In this document: one piece after another, positions 25,566 to 38,517 of the stretch
How positions within the stretch are numbered: position 1 is the stretch's first letter
How the letters are laid out: each line of letters starts with the position of its first letter
DNA from: Tubiluchus corallicola
Taxonomy: Eukaryota; Animalia; Priapulida
NCBI GenBank assembly: GCA_030141605.1
Contig: JAQGDQ010001334.1
Location: 1-46,541 of the forward strand
Reading direction: 5' to 3'
Length of the DNA: 46,541 nt
Program-made: the position numbers and the translations under genes
Notes under the pieces: model-generated
The model's input: the letters and a program-made list of their open reading frames with translations, nothing else
Told to the model about the DNA's origin: nothing
Databases searched by the model: none

Positions 25566-26084
25566 AGTTAAATAGAATCACAGCCTGTAGTATGTTAAAA
25601 AGACTGAAAATACAGTAATTTTTTATTCTCTGTTGCTGATATCGTTTAAGCAAAGCTTTAGAATAAATCTAACATGCGAATTTACAGATGTATAAGTTGT
25701 TGCAAATGACATACACCATTGCTGAAACTGTGTTTGCTTAACCTGTACACACACAAGCACATGTAGGACAAATAACATTAAAATAAAGCTTCAAAATTTC
25801 ACCTACATTAGACAGAACCGAAAGCAATGATGCCCAAGTCATAAAGATTATATAAACTATATACAGATTACATAGCCAACATTGTTATACGTATGGTATT
25901 TTTATAGTGACCTTCGATGAAACTCATTAAGATAGTACGATCGTTTATCACAGAGCAACATAAAAATTACAGGATCAATTACCCTCAGTTTTTAACTTTA
26001 CTAACCTTGGTCAAATTCCCCGGTTAATAAGTCCCCATTTGAATCTACTATATATAATAATCCTAATTACTAAATAATTGTATT

Positions 26085-26370
26085 GTTTTGTTTAGATTTA
26101 GGTATCTAACTTTATTATTTTTTGTTTTCAGTTCTTTTTTGATAATTTTGGATCTTTATACTGTTTTTACTATTCTTTTTTTATTTGTTTTTGTTATCTG
26201 CAGCATCACCATTAATTTTTAATATACTAATCTATTTAAGGAAGGGCAGGAGACTAGATGACTCTAGGTCCTTCCCTGCCCTGCTCCATGATTATATTTA
26301 CTTAATATTTAAAAAAAAATTTGATGTTAAACTAATTGGAGAAAACTAATGATCTATGTCTATGTCTATA
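26085..26370 (+). mobile_element. Possible 3' UTR remnant of an L2/CR1-group LINE
   Basis: T-rich tract, stem-loop agggcagg..ctaga-tgac-tctag..cctgccct (26243-26282), then a short tandem tail (tctatg)n. Architecture only; no coding evidence. Confidence 0.35.
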
Positions 26371-27253
26371 CTGCTCTGAAGAGATGCATTTTGGTTCAAA
26401 TACTTTACAACTTTACATATCATTTTTGCAACAATCAACATTCATTAGACTACCGATATACAGCAAGAAAAGAGTTAACAGAATCATTTCTATTTCTCAT
26501 GACACAAGTGGTAAAAATATTTTCTCTGTAAAAGAAATTATTTACTACTTTGAGACGTTGAGTAACTAGAGGCCAAGAGTGATTGAGTTAGTTAAACCAA
26601 GATAGTTAGTAACCTCCTTGCTGCTGTTGTAGTGACAAATTCTCTCCAAAACCTCCACCCTTGTTCTCCCTGCTGTGGTGTTATTTGTCACTGGCTATTT
26701 AGTGCAACCACCTAAGCTTATTTTTTAAGAATTCACTGTGTTTAAATTATAGCAGGTTTTATGTACTCTTCTACAGTTGTTTAACTTTGCATGTCTTTGT
26801 AAATATTGGTGTGTAGTCTGTTGTTTAATTTTTTATAAGCTTTATTTTTTAGAAATCTGGCATAAAGGTGTCTATCTATCTACCTGTATTACTTTTATCA
26901 ATGTATTAACTAAATCTGGTGAAACTAATCGAATTTAGTTTTTAACACAAATTTTTGCTGGATTTTGTCAGAGCTATTTTGCAATCTTAAAGACATCTTG
27001 AAGTTTTTACTTAATGTTCTGTAATATTTTTTTATTAAAGGTGCAAAAAGCACCGACACCTCTAAAGGTTTAATTAATTTTTGTTTTAAATTTAATGTAT
27101 ATTTTGTTTTTTAATTTTTGACACAGTAGTTTTTAGTTTGCACTGAATGCATTTGCCTTTAACAGTTGTGTGAATTTTATTCTCATGCTGCGATGTTCTT
27201 TTATGCTTTTATAGTTATGAATATCGAATTTTTATGGCAAATAAAGATTATTT

Positions 27254-27284
<31 letters not shown>

Positions 27285-28158
27285 ATTTAATCTATGCAAA
27301 ATTTTAGCATCTATCAATTAAAATAACTTTTTTATAATGAAATTTTAGTTAGTTATGTTACTGGAATCATTGTCATCGGGAAGTAGTGTGTATTGCAAAA
27401 ATTAGACTCGTCTGTTTAATACATTCAAGAACCACCAGATGGCTAAAATTATGGCAAGCCCATAAATTTGCACTTTTGGCAGAAGAAAAGCATTATCATC
27501 CAAAAAGTTACTAATGAAGCCCATGCACGGTGTGTTAATTTGACGTTGCTAACTTAATGTGTTGAACCGACGCCAGAGAGCTAAAATTATAACGAAACTA
27601 GAAATGGCCGAATGCTTCTACTGTACACGTGAAAATTTTGTTGGCATTTAATTTTTGTAACATTTAAAAGTTACATGTGGGCATAAGGACACTTTGTCAT
27701 GATTTTTCCGCATTCCCTTTGTTAATCTGAGTTGCCAGAAATTATTGCAGTTGTTGCGAATAACCTACTGACAAACAATTGTAACAATTAAATTGTGGCG
27801 ATACTTTTTAATAATTCGTGAACTGAATGCTATCACTTGATTGGCTGAAGTTGGTGCTTTCTGTTTCTAATTGCAGTTGAAATAGGAATACAAATGGAAA
27901 ACGAAAAAACATTTATATGTAGCTTATGCTGGTCTTCACTATACACTACTGTACTTTTACTTACACCGCAATAAAGATTAAAGTACGTAGTTGTTTAAAG
28001 GGGTGGTTCAAACTGGTGGTAAAGTGACTGTTTTTTAACCTATTACAATTTTTGTTTTACAAAAATGTCATTCTCAGCACATATAAAACGTGTAAATTTT
28101 ATGCTGGTTAACATGAGTTTATGGTATGGAGGTGAAGGTACTAAGCAAAGCAATCACT

Positions 28159-28650
<492 letters not shown>

Positions 28651-29000
28651 TAGATGCATTTTCTTCTAAATGAAATAAATAAAACACATACGCTACATTA
28701 CAATCAAATATAAGCGAAAATAGTTCCGTTATATTATAAGCAATTCTTAGTCAGTCCAACACGTCATTACTGAAATTGTTCCAAAGTGACCAACCACGAA
28801 AATTGGTAAAATAACTTTTAAATAAAGTAATTTTCAAATTACACGAGCAGCATGAGAATTTTCTAATGAGTGAGTTTACACAAATATAAATAATCTTGAC
28901 TGGATTTCAATGTCAGTATTACTATTCATGTCAGTGTCGAAGGTAGTTTTCCTGCACACTCACAGGAACTGCTATGTCTTATAGAAACGCATCACCTGGG

Positions 29001-30495
29001 TGTAACGATCTGACGTCTGGGGGTAGTTTGTTTGATCGAAGGTAGTCGCTGGGTAACTGGCCTGACCGAGCTAAAGGGGCGACCAATCATCTACCCGTTA
29101 GCTCCATACAGTAGCGAGCTTATAGGCAGTCTATGGGGGGGGGGCGCTGTTTATTGAGCAGAGTGGTTCGGGTGTCGGATGTGCAGTTTACTTTGCTTGT
29201 ACTTTGCTTGCTTTGTGTTGTACTCACTGTGATAATACAAACGACGATGTGTAGGCAACTAATGTAGAAATAATTCTTAAGCAAACAAACAAAAAAAATG
29301 TATGAAGAAACACTATCATTAGTCAAACACTAATTTAACTACGTTTGAATGTACTAAATATTACGGTATCTACTTACAGCAGACTTACACTATCAAGTAG
29401 ATGAACAAACAAATAAATTGGCAAATAATGCACAACAGCTAAACCTAACTAAAAGGAGTACCTACTTGCCAAACTACATGCCACCCCAAATGATGTTGTC
29501 CTCGCTAGCGCTATGATGATCAACCGGCATTATCTCACTTAGAAAAAATACACCACGGAGGTTGCGTAGTACTACTAAGTTTAACGTAGGGCGCCTCTAT
29601 GAAGAGGTTACAGCTCAGCGTGTATTAGTATCACTACCAATTTCTTGAACAGCAAGGCGGTTAAGTTCAGCTTCCACGCAACTGCTAACATCAGATAAGC
29701 AAATACTATATCGTGCAACTCACAGTCTCTGGGTTCTTGCACCGTACTGGGGGTGCCTCGTCACCTCAAACATGGATGCGCCTCCTTGCTAAGTTCAGCT
29801 TCCACGCAACTGCTAGCATCAGTTAAGCAAATACTAAATTGCGCAACTTACAGTCTCTGGGTTGTTACCTTACTGAGGGGTGCCTCGTCACCTCAAACAT
29901 GGTTCCGCCTCTCAACGGTTTGTCCGTACGCCAATAGCACTTCCCAACGATACGATTACAGCAATGAGACAAAGTCTTAATTGTCACCAAACTTCGTGGA
30001 AATCTCTACCACCAAAAACATCTGTCCACTCAGTTGTCCAATAGCTTCCGACCTCATGGACAAAGTCCCCATACGTTATAACTGACTACTTGCACGTCAT
30101 ATCAGTCTACGTGCCGAGCCTGGAGTAAAGTTGCTGACCTCTTTTTGATGCCTGCGAGAGTAGACGTAGGCACGTTGGCTTCCTACAACTATCATTACAA
30201 GCGATTAAACTGGCCCTCCCGCAGTACTTGCTAACCTTGACTAATGACTATTAGTTATAGAAACGATCTTTTTAATGCTAATGTTATTTTACTTCCACAT
30301 TTGAATAAAAGGTAGAACACATAATGATATGCGCAGCACAGAAGGGCCAAAAATGAGTAGAGTTTGTGTTTTCTTCCCAAATTCTGCAGCTGGGATGACC
30401 AACCAACTAACAGACCGACTGAACAAACACCACACTCACATGACGCAAGCCACTGCACGAGTCTATTTATGTGGGAAGCTGAAATGTCCGTTACA
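29001..30495. mobile_element. LTR-like insertion (probably a long solo LTR, 1495 bp) with 5-bp TSD CTGGG
   Basis: TGTAACG..CGTTACA termini; CTGGG at 28996-29000 and 30496-30500; GC-richer than flanks; no coding ORF recognised. Confidence 0.8.
29663..29912 (+). repeat. 128-bp tandem duplication inside the LTR-like element
   Basis: aagttcagcttccacgcaactgct starts at both 29663 and 29791. Confidence 0.9.
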
Positions 30496-32263
30496 CTGGG
30501 CTATTGTTCAGAAATGGGCGGGAACGAAAAAACGTAGTTAGTTAGTTAGCTTGTTGGTTTATTGTCCGTAATACATGTAAATTTCACACACAAATGGTTG
30601 TATCTGAACTTTACCGTCCATATAAAATAAATGCAATATTACATGGCTATCATTTAAGCACCAGAAGATGAAGAAAATTTTAAAATAAAACCCTAAATTA
30701 TGTACCTGTTAAATACCAAACGTATTTAAAATTTCAAAGCACAATTTAAACGTACTAACAAACCCATTTTGATATGAAAAGAATTTGTTAAAATTATTGT
30801 AATCTACATTAGGGTATTGTCTCCTAATATGTTCTGTTAATGGACACACAGCTATCACATATACCCTGAAAATGATATTGATAGTTACGAATTAGAGTTA
30901 GATTATTCCGAATTTAACGTTGTAGTTGTACAGAAATAGAACACATGTATTTTTAATTTTATGATACAACAAGTCGCTCGAAAATAGAAATTGCATTTCT
31001 GAGTGACTGGCCTCCAGGATCCAGAGCCTATTCGACCATATCATCCAACGATAACGAGAATGTGGTCACGTGATAATATTCTGTTTTATTATTTATGGTA
31101 TGCTATACTGCCTACTTGTATTTCATACATTATATAGCAATGTTAACTTGGCCATTAATTTTGAAATAATCTACGCCATGAAGCAAAAAAGGAAACGCGT
31201 GTTAGAATAAAATTACTGAAATTTCTGAGATTTTTTCCAATTTTCATCTCAAAAAACAAGTAGATATCAACTGCACCTTTTCGCTGTCAAGTATCGACAT
31301 TCCAATCAATTGTTCTAGAATGAGTCTTTTCACAGTCTCTCTTTACACCCACCTGCAGTTGCTTTAGGTCAAAGGTTAAGCGAACCACAGTAACATTACT
31401 TACCTACAACTATCGTCTGCCACATCGTTTTAGTAACTTTGTATTTCATTTTTATTTCCTTTCAGATTTTACGTGGACCTTACTTAATTATACATTGGCC
31501 TGCATCACGTACAGTGATTTTCTGGTATTTTAGCAGCATCTTGCTTTGTAACAACAAAAACGTATTATTGCTGCGAGGCATTGTCAAGTGTTATTAACAA
31601 TAACCAGATCAGAAAGAAACAAAGCTAATTATTGGTTTCCAGTTTGGTAATAAAACAAGTCCAAACGAGGCAAGCAGTGAGTGCTTATTACAACCATGTA
31701 AAGCAGCAGGTACAAAACTAGCTTTATTTTGTCTAAATCCCCATTATTTGTTTGGTATGGCTTTAAAATAGATTCTTTTTCTCACTTTATGATGAGAAAG
31801 TCTGTACCAACTTTGCAAGTGAATCATCGAATGACAGTTTTGTTACTGGGAGATTTAAACATATACTATAAACAAAGTAACACGTACAATTTTTTGTTTT
31901 ATTATATTAGTTTTACTTTTCATTAGTGTAAACTTTTAGTGTATTAGTGTAAACATTTTACTATCTACAAATATGTAATTGCAGGCAGTCACTAGCCACT
32001 TGTTGTATCATCATAATGCTGGTGACCCGACCCCAGGAGTAGTCCCTTGGGTATCATAGATTTTACACAAAAAAACTGGTATATCAGTAATTATTTCTAT
32101 GCACACAGACAAGGAATTACCTGCCCTGAAATTAAGCCTCTTACACATTCCAGTAAGACATATCTAACTTGCTTTAATACAGATGTATACTTTCAACATA
32201 TGATAATCAAGTTAAGATAAATAAAGATATATATGTAAAACAATAAACAGAATAATATAGACA

Positions 32264-32269
32264 TTTATT
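32264..32269 (-). terminator. Putative polyadenylation signal AATAAA of lectin copy 2
   Basis: AATAAA on the minus strand about 190 nt after the stop codon; conserved in copy 1. Confidence 0.5.
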
Positions 32270-32460
32270 ATTATTACTGTACCCCATAACAACTATTTCA
32301 GCAAGTATATAGTTCTGACAAGTTTTCTTCATTTCCTACATAACCTAACCCCAATCTTTGCCATCGTAAAATCTAACATGTAAATGATGTAGAAAATAGC
32401 TGAGACATTGTGACCAAATGAAGCTCACTTGTGTGATATGCCCAAAGATCAAAAATTTAA

Positions 32461-32702
32461 CTAGTCAGCACGGGATTTACATATGTATGAACGAGTATCA
32501 TTACAGCGTCTGTCATTCCATGAGCCAAATCGCCAGTAATTGATATTCAAACAGTGCTCTTCTCCTTTAAAATTGTTAGGCTCTTTACCCGGCTCCCAAT
32601 TATTATATATGATGACATGGGCATTAGAAATCCACACCCATTTGCCTTCTAGGTATTGGTCTGTCCCACCTATCCAGAATGCCCTATTGTGCCAAGTAGA
32701 AT
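32461..32702 (-). CDS. Lectin copy 2 exon 3 (C-terminal half of CTLD, Ca/sugar-binding site)
   Basis: Acceptor atag|AT; encodes WIGG, EPN, WND and three conserved Cys; TAG stop at 32461-32463. Confidence 0.93.
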
Positions 32703-35022
32703 CTATAAAAAGAAAATTAATTAAAAAACATGACATCAGCAAACAATGAGACAAGTTCCATTTGGGTAAAGAGATAAATTCAGTTAAAATTGTCCCCTTC
32801 AGGACCATGACAGCTTGCTGCATATTGAATAGGTTCATGAAAAACTGCTCTCACCAATCAGTGATTATGTAACTTGATTTTTTTGGTTTCTCCTCCCCGC
32901 AGAATGGATTTTCGTGCAAAATTAAAATGCTTTTGATTACTTTATACAAATTTAAAATCGACTTTTGATTTAAAAAATTTCACGAAGCTTTCGACAACTG
33001 CAGTCTTTGCACTGTAACAACGTACATTATTACTTGTTGTGAAATCCGCTAATATGGAACAATTCAACTATCCAGATACAACGCACCCATGCACTCTGGC
33101 CTATAGAAAAATTTAGTAGGTTCTTTTCCCAGAATAACAGCAGAACACTGCGCAGCTTGGGCTGCAGGTGATCAATAAATCAGTGTGTACGATGACAAAA
33201 GTGTATACCAGTCTAAGCTAATCAATGGGCTAAGTTGGCATTTTTCTCACTTTCATCCTTTTAAATCCTTTGAAATTAACAAATAGAATGATTAGACAGC
33301 CAAGATTCTCTTGAACAAAAGAGTAGTTTATTTATAATCATTTAGTTGTGTCATGCTCATACAAGTCATGGGTCTTATAAAACCCATTTTGAAATGACTG
33401 GTCTTGAAGGAGTTAATACAACTGACTATTTATTCGCCAAACAGTGTTTTGCTGAATCTAGTCAAATTGCTTATATAGACGTAATAAACAAATGCAATTG
33501 CTGCCATAACTAAGAGCTAAATTTTAATGGTGGCATTTAACGAGTAAAATGTGCGAAATTAACATAAACCATCAAGAAACACACATGTGTGATGCAACAT
33601 TTTGGAATAAAGCAAACATTTACTGCAGTTACTAAAAGTTTTTTCTCAATTTATTCATCAAGAATCGATTGTAATTTTGCCTAAGATAAGCATTTCATCT
33701 ATAATTACGCATGAAAACGTATTGCGTGAAGAGTAGAAACCTACAAAAATGATAAAATATAATGTGATCTTTGCTTAGCGAGGGCAGTTTTTTACGAACC
33801 CACGCAAAATGTAGCAAATATTTACAGTTACTAAAGGAGTTGACCAACTTCAGACATTTATTCCTGTATTTTTAATACGAGTAAAATGTATTAAACCACT
33901 TGTTTTGATTTACACAGGTGAATGTGTACATGGAGGTGGAATTTCATATCCACGGCAACTCTAGTGATGGCTAGGAGTTTCCGCTGATCAATAAGAGATT
34001 ACCAGGTGCTCACACGCTCTTACCATCATATGTCTAGAAGTTTTGCAAATGTAGTCAGAATTGCAAACGCGACACGTATTTGTAAATGACATAAAAATTA
34101 TGATAATAACCACACGAGAACCACATTTAAAAAGGACAGGTAGGCGGTAATTTAATTTCAAAACAATGTGCAGATCATTTCGGGGATATAGTGACTAATT
34201 TGATGATTACAAACAAGGTTAGCACACAATTAGGCCTTATTCTAAAATTAAGATTTAACATGCGGGTGCATCTGATTTTTCCAAAATCGTAGTTTCGTCG
34301 GTTGTTCCCACCCTACAATATTAAAAAATTAATCTTCAGCTCAATAAAACAACATAATTATGTTCTACATCAAACTTTGACAGCTATGCTGTACCATAAT
34401 TTTAATGGGCCTATAAAACAAGACAGCAAAAATTCAAATTCAAAATTCAACGTATAAAACAATACAACAAATTAAAATACTTACTCTTCTCTACAAAACT
34501 TTCTGAGTAGTCAGCTATAAAGCGATTTTCGGCAGCTGTTGTTACGGAAGTTAATTCACCACCTCTAATTCTGCATGATATCACAGCTTTCCACCAAGAT
34601 AATTTTGGATTTGTATGAAACCAGTAACAATGGCCATTATAGTGTATTCCACCGTTTAGACAACAAATTGAGTTTGATTCAGCCTGGTTTTTGATGAAAA
34701 ACAAGTTGTCTTATAAAGCGCTTAAAAGCAAATGTGTTTAGTTTATTGCTTTAAAATTGAAGATGATTTTCTGTAATTCATAAAAAAGCAGTTTACATCA
34801 TAACTAAAAACTCTTTTCTATTATTATCTTATAATTGATAATAAGGAAACTGCTCATTTTTCAGTACCATGCGTCAAAGCTTCAATAATAATAAAAGTCA
34901 AAACAAATAGTTGATTGTATTACAACAGTTACCTTGTTAGATCTTTCAGTGTTTGCACTTGGACCACGCAGATTAGCTAACACATACAGTAGCAGTAACA
35001 CAAACAGTAAAGTCACATTCAT
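32461..35022 (-). CDS. Secreted C-type lectin (single long-form CTLD, perlucin-like, EPN/WND), copy 2, intact; join of 34933-35022, 34485-34683, 32461-32702; 176 aa
   Basis: The exons (90+199+242 = 531 nt) splice in frame through GT-AG introns of phase 0 then phase 1. The protein has a hydrophobic signal peptide (MNVTLLFVLLLLYVLANLRGPSA), then CCLNGGIHYNGHCYWF, SWWKAVISC, GGEL, FWIGGTD, EGKWVW, NWEPGKEPNN, EHCL, WNDRRC and YICK, which are canonical CTLD motifs. Confidence 0.93.
34485..34683 (-). CDS. Lectin copy 2 exon 2 (N-terminal half of CTLD)
   Basis: Acceptor ccag|GCT and donor A|gtaagt; encodes AESNSICCLNGGIHYNGHCYWFHTNPKLSWWKAVISCRIRGGELTSVTTAAENRFIADYSESFVEK. Confidence 0.92.
34933..35022 (-). 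CDS. Lectin copy 2 exon 1 (signal peptide)
   Basis: ATG at 35022; encodes MNVTLLFVLLLLYVLANLRGPSANTERSNK; donor AAG|gtaact. Confidence 0.85.
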
Positions 35023-35206
35023 TGTGCATACAGGCACAATTGTCCAGATGAACGACAAAACAGTCTTGCAGTTTTTAATGCAACTAATAAGCAAAATATA
35101 TAAAAGTCCATAAAAGAGGCCGCACATATATATTAACACACATAATAACATAGTCTGCAGTGCAAGTGTTCAAGACATTTCAACTAAGTTACTAATGTTA
35201 TTATTA

Positions 35207-35720
35207 CTAGCTAAACCCCGCAAAAAGAATTTTGCACATAAACCCATAAAACAACTCACACAACCTACCCACACCGCTCACAACATACCACACTGCCCAC
35301 ATAATACCACCCAAACCACAGCACACCACACCACGCCCACCAAACCACCAACAGCACCTACAACACACAAGCCACACCATACCACCCCACCATGCTACCT
35401 ACACCACATCATCCACTCCACATAAACTTTCACCATACAACAGCCAATACATCACACCATGCAAAACCCACGACATCGCATGGTAACCATGTTGATAATG
35501 ACGATGGTGGTGATGATGATGATGATGATGATGATTATAATGATGATGATGATAAGGCTGATGATTACGATGATGATGAAAATGATGATGATATGATGAT
35601 GGTGATAATAAATATGACGATGACAATAACGACGACAATGATGACGGTGACTATATAGACACATACAAATCCAATAGTACAGTTTTATACCAAAACCATG
35701 CAAGACATTCTGTACGATAT
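35207..35720 (-). mobile_element. Helitron 3'-end fragment upstream of lectin copy 2
   Basis: Paralog of 20339-20870; its CTAG end is 185 bp upstream of the lectin ATG. Confidence 0.7.
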
Positions 35721-36439
35721 GTATTTTCTTTAAGGTGTTTGAAACATTATTGTTTGCACACACATTTTCAACTTGGAATACTAGATGTAAAATGTAAAAC
35801 TTGTGAAATCTAAAACTCGGGGAAAGTTCGCGCATATGGGAATGCAAAAGTTTATATTGGGCAGACAACCATGTGGTTTGATAGCTATTGAGCCAGTGAA
35901 TAATATATATCCCAGCTGAGGTGTTACAAACTTTTCCTTGATTAGACCAGCACTTGTACTTGTGCGCAACCACACAAAGAAAGGGGTTCACAACTAAACA
36001 ATATCAACTATATTCACTAAATTCAGAATTGGTGCCCACAAGTTGGATATTGAGAGGGTAGAAAATACCTGCTCACCAAAGGATATGTAAAATGGGTGAG
36101 ATGAATCAAGTGGCAGATGAAATGCATTTTCACTGATATTTTAATGCTTCGAACACTTACTTGCTTAAAATTTATTCCACACGTAAAGTCACCAGCTTTG
36201 AAGTAAATGAGTAGGATTGAAATTATCCAAAAACTATTGTTGCACGTTTAATTCTTGGACACATTGTATTGTAATAATGACATTCTTTGAGGCATTGTTC
36301 TTGTCTTAGTAAAATTAATAATAACATTGTTCTATCTTCTCAGAATTCATTCTAAACTCTTAACGGATCACGGGTTCTTTTAATTAGAATAAAAACCCAG
36401 CTGTGTAAAAAATTACCCCATGAAAGTTTTGCTTAATAT

Positions 36440-37770
36440 GTGTTACTAACTGGATAGAATGACCAATTGGTAGTTGAGGTGCTCCTATTAGTACAAACCT
36501 AAGTCCTGTGACAAGTTGGCATTGATGTATAAGGGTTCCAAGGACGAAAAGTGGCTTCAAACCATTGCACTATATTGTTTATGCTATAATTATTTTTATA
36601 CTTGGTTTTTCACAAGTCTTGTGAAATTTTTTTATAATAGCCTAATGATGTTTCAAGGTTTAATTTTAAGACATCCGCTTTGTTTTCACTAGCTCAATCT
36701 TCTAAAATTTTTATCTTCATCAGCTTCAGTCTTAGTTGCCTGTACAGCTAAAGTTCCAACCATAGTGCTAAATGAAGAATGTTCATGAGCATTAATATAA
36801 AATTTTATCAACAAATTGTCAAAACATTTCTTTGCAGAATTGGAGAACATTCTTTGCAGAACACATAGTGCCGCCAGAAAGAAAATTACTGCAAATTAAA
36901 TCCAAAATTTTGTTTACATAAAAGACTAAGGGTAATAAGCTGCCCCTCATCAGGTAGCATCTGGCACCAGAAATTATTATTTGGCCACATTTTTTTAAGG
37001 CAGTTATGGCGGCAGGGTGGTCTGACGAGTTGTCTCTAGAAGAGTTGTCCTTGATTATTCTTGGGCATTGATTCAGAATGTTTTGATGATGCTCAGCAAA
37101 GAAGATTGCCACGTTTATATTGCATATCCATAAGAAATATACCTTAGTTGAGATAATGCAATACACATAACCCCACTTTTGTGTGAGACATATAATTAAA
37201 GATGTCTGAACTTTTTTTTTGAGTAAGTAAGACTTAGTTAACATCAGAATACTTTAGCAAGAACATTTACCTTTCAAATATAAAATTAAAGAAGCAGCAA
37301 TCGGTGAACAAAGTGCTATTGACGATACTGCTTTAGATGCACGAATTTTCTAGTCTTGTTTTAAAGAAATCTAGAATTCCTCTAGGAACATTGTCATCGT
37401 TAAAAAATTAATTTGCAAGGCTGTTACAAACACTGATTGTGCTTTATGTCTTTCATTTTGCCTCAAATTATAGACGCCTATTGTTTCCTTAATATTTCCT
37501 ATGAGCTTTGCATTAATGACGTGCAAACAGGCATAATAAACGCTTGATAGCACTTTGCGCATGCTTTCGATAGTGCATATTGACATGTTGCACAATGTGT
37601 TTCATACGCTAATTACATTAAATTTAACAGCCTACGTAATAAGTATAATACTTGTATCTTCCTTTCTTTCAAACGATGCTTGTCTTGATACAGAATCCTT
37701 TCTTATCTAGCAGAAACAGCAAACTGATTATAAAATGCTGCTGTACAAATGACTGTTATTTTAAACAGTC
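36440..37770 (-). pseudogene. Highly decayed hAT-like transposase remnant (partial paralogs at about 21880-22710 and 41700-42210)
   Basis: Ordered weak motifs on the minus strand: NNSH..VCCFC (BED-finger-like), SDNPTTITAFKK (in the 22460-22490 copy), FYVNKILDLIC, and PTCPKTWF/PTCHRT (TRW-like). Many stops and frameshifts. Confidence 0.4.
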
Positions 37771-38436
37771 AATTGAAAAGTGGTAGTATAATAGCATCAC
37801 TTGACATTTTGTTCAGAAATTAACTAACAATTCCTCTTTCCATGCAGCTAATTGCAATGACGATAGTTTAAATAATGCAATTCTAATTAAATTTATGAAA
37901 AAGTTCTTAAATTTTAGGGCGCAATTGGTTCTGGTAGAGAAGTATGTGCCATATTTATGTAATTTGGCGAAATTGTGAGATGCTGTCACCAATTGTGAAG
38001 CTAATAAATTGTGGATATTATCCCAATCGAAAATCGTCTAATATGGCCACCATTTTTAACATAGTCAATAATATATGGTTGTTACAAGTTTTAAAAAGCC
38101 ATATCTTTGCTGTTTAAAAGCATATGATAACTTTGGTGGTGTCTAAGTAATTATCGGTTTTCAAGGTCAAGGAATCCATTTTGATAATTAAAAGCACCAG
38201 TGATCATCACCTGAGGATTTATGAAGCTGCCAAGATGACTGCTGCTGTGAAACAATTTTAACTATATTGCATGTTCTAACACAAATGCGTAAATTATAGT
38301 AACATACTTATAGATTTATGGCAGTGTTCAATATGGATGCCATGTTCAAGATGGTGAAAAGTGAAAAAATGCCAGTAACTAACTTACAAAAATGAAAATC
38401 AGCAGCTCAATCAGCTTATGGTGGCAGAGAAAATGC

Positions 38437-38514
<78 letters not shown>
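38437..38514 (+). repeat. (GA)n microsatellite
   Basis: Direct reading. Confidence 0.95.

Positions 38515-38517
<3 letters not shown>

Larger units (their letters stand above)
14378..25978 (+). repeat. Tandem segmental duplication, unit 1 (contains lectin copy 1)
   Basis: Starts gaatttagtttttaacac (matching 26931) and ends acataaaaattacaggatcaa (matching about 39685). Collinear at roughly 90-96% by eye, apart from several indels. Confidence 0.9.
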
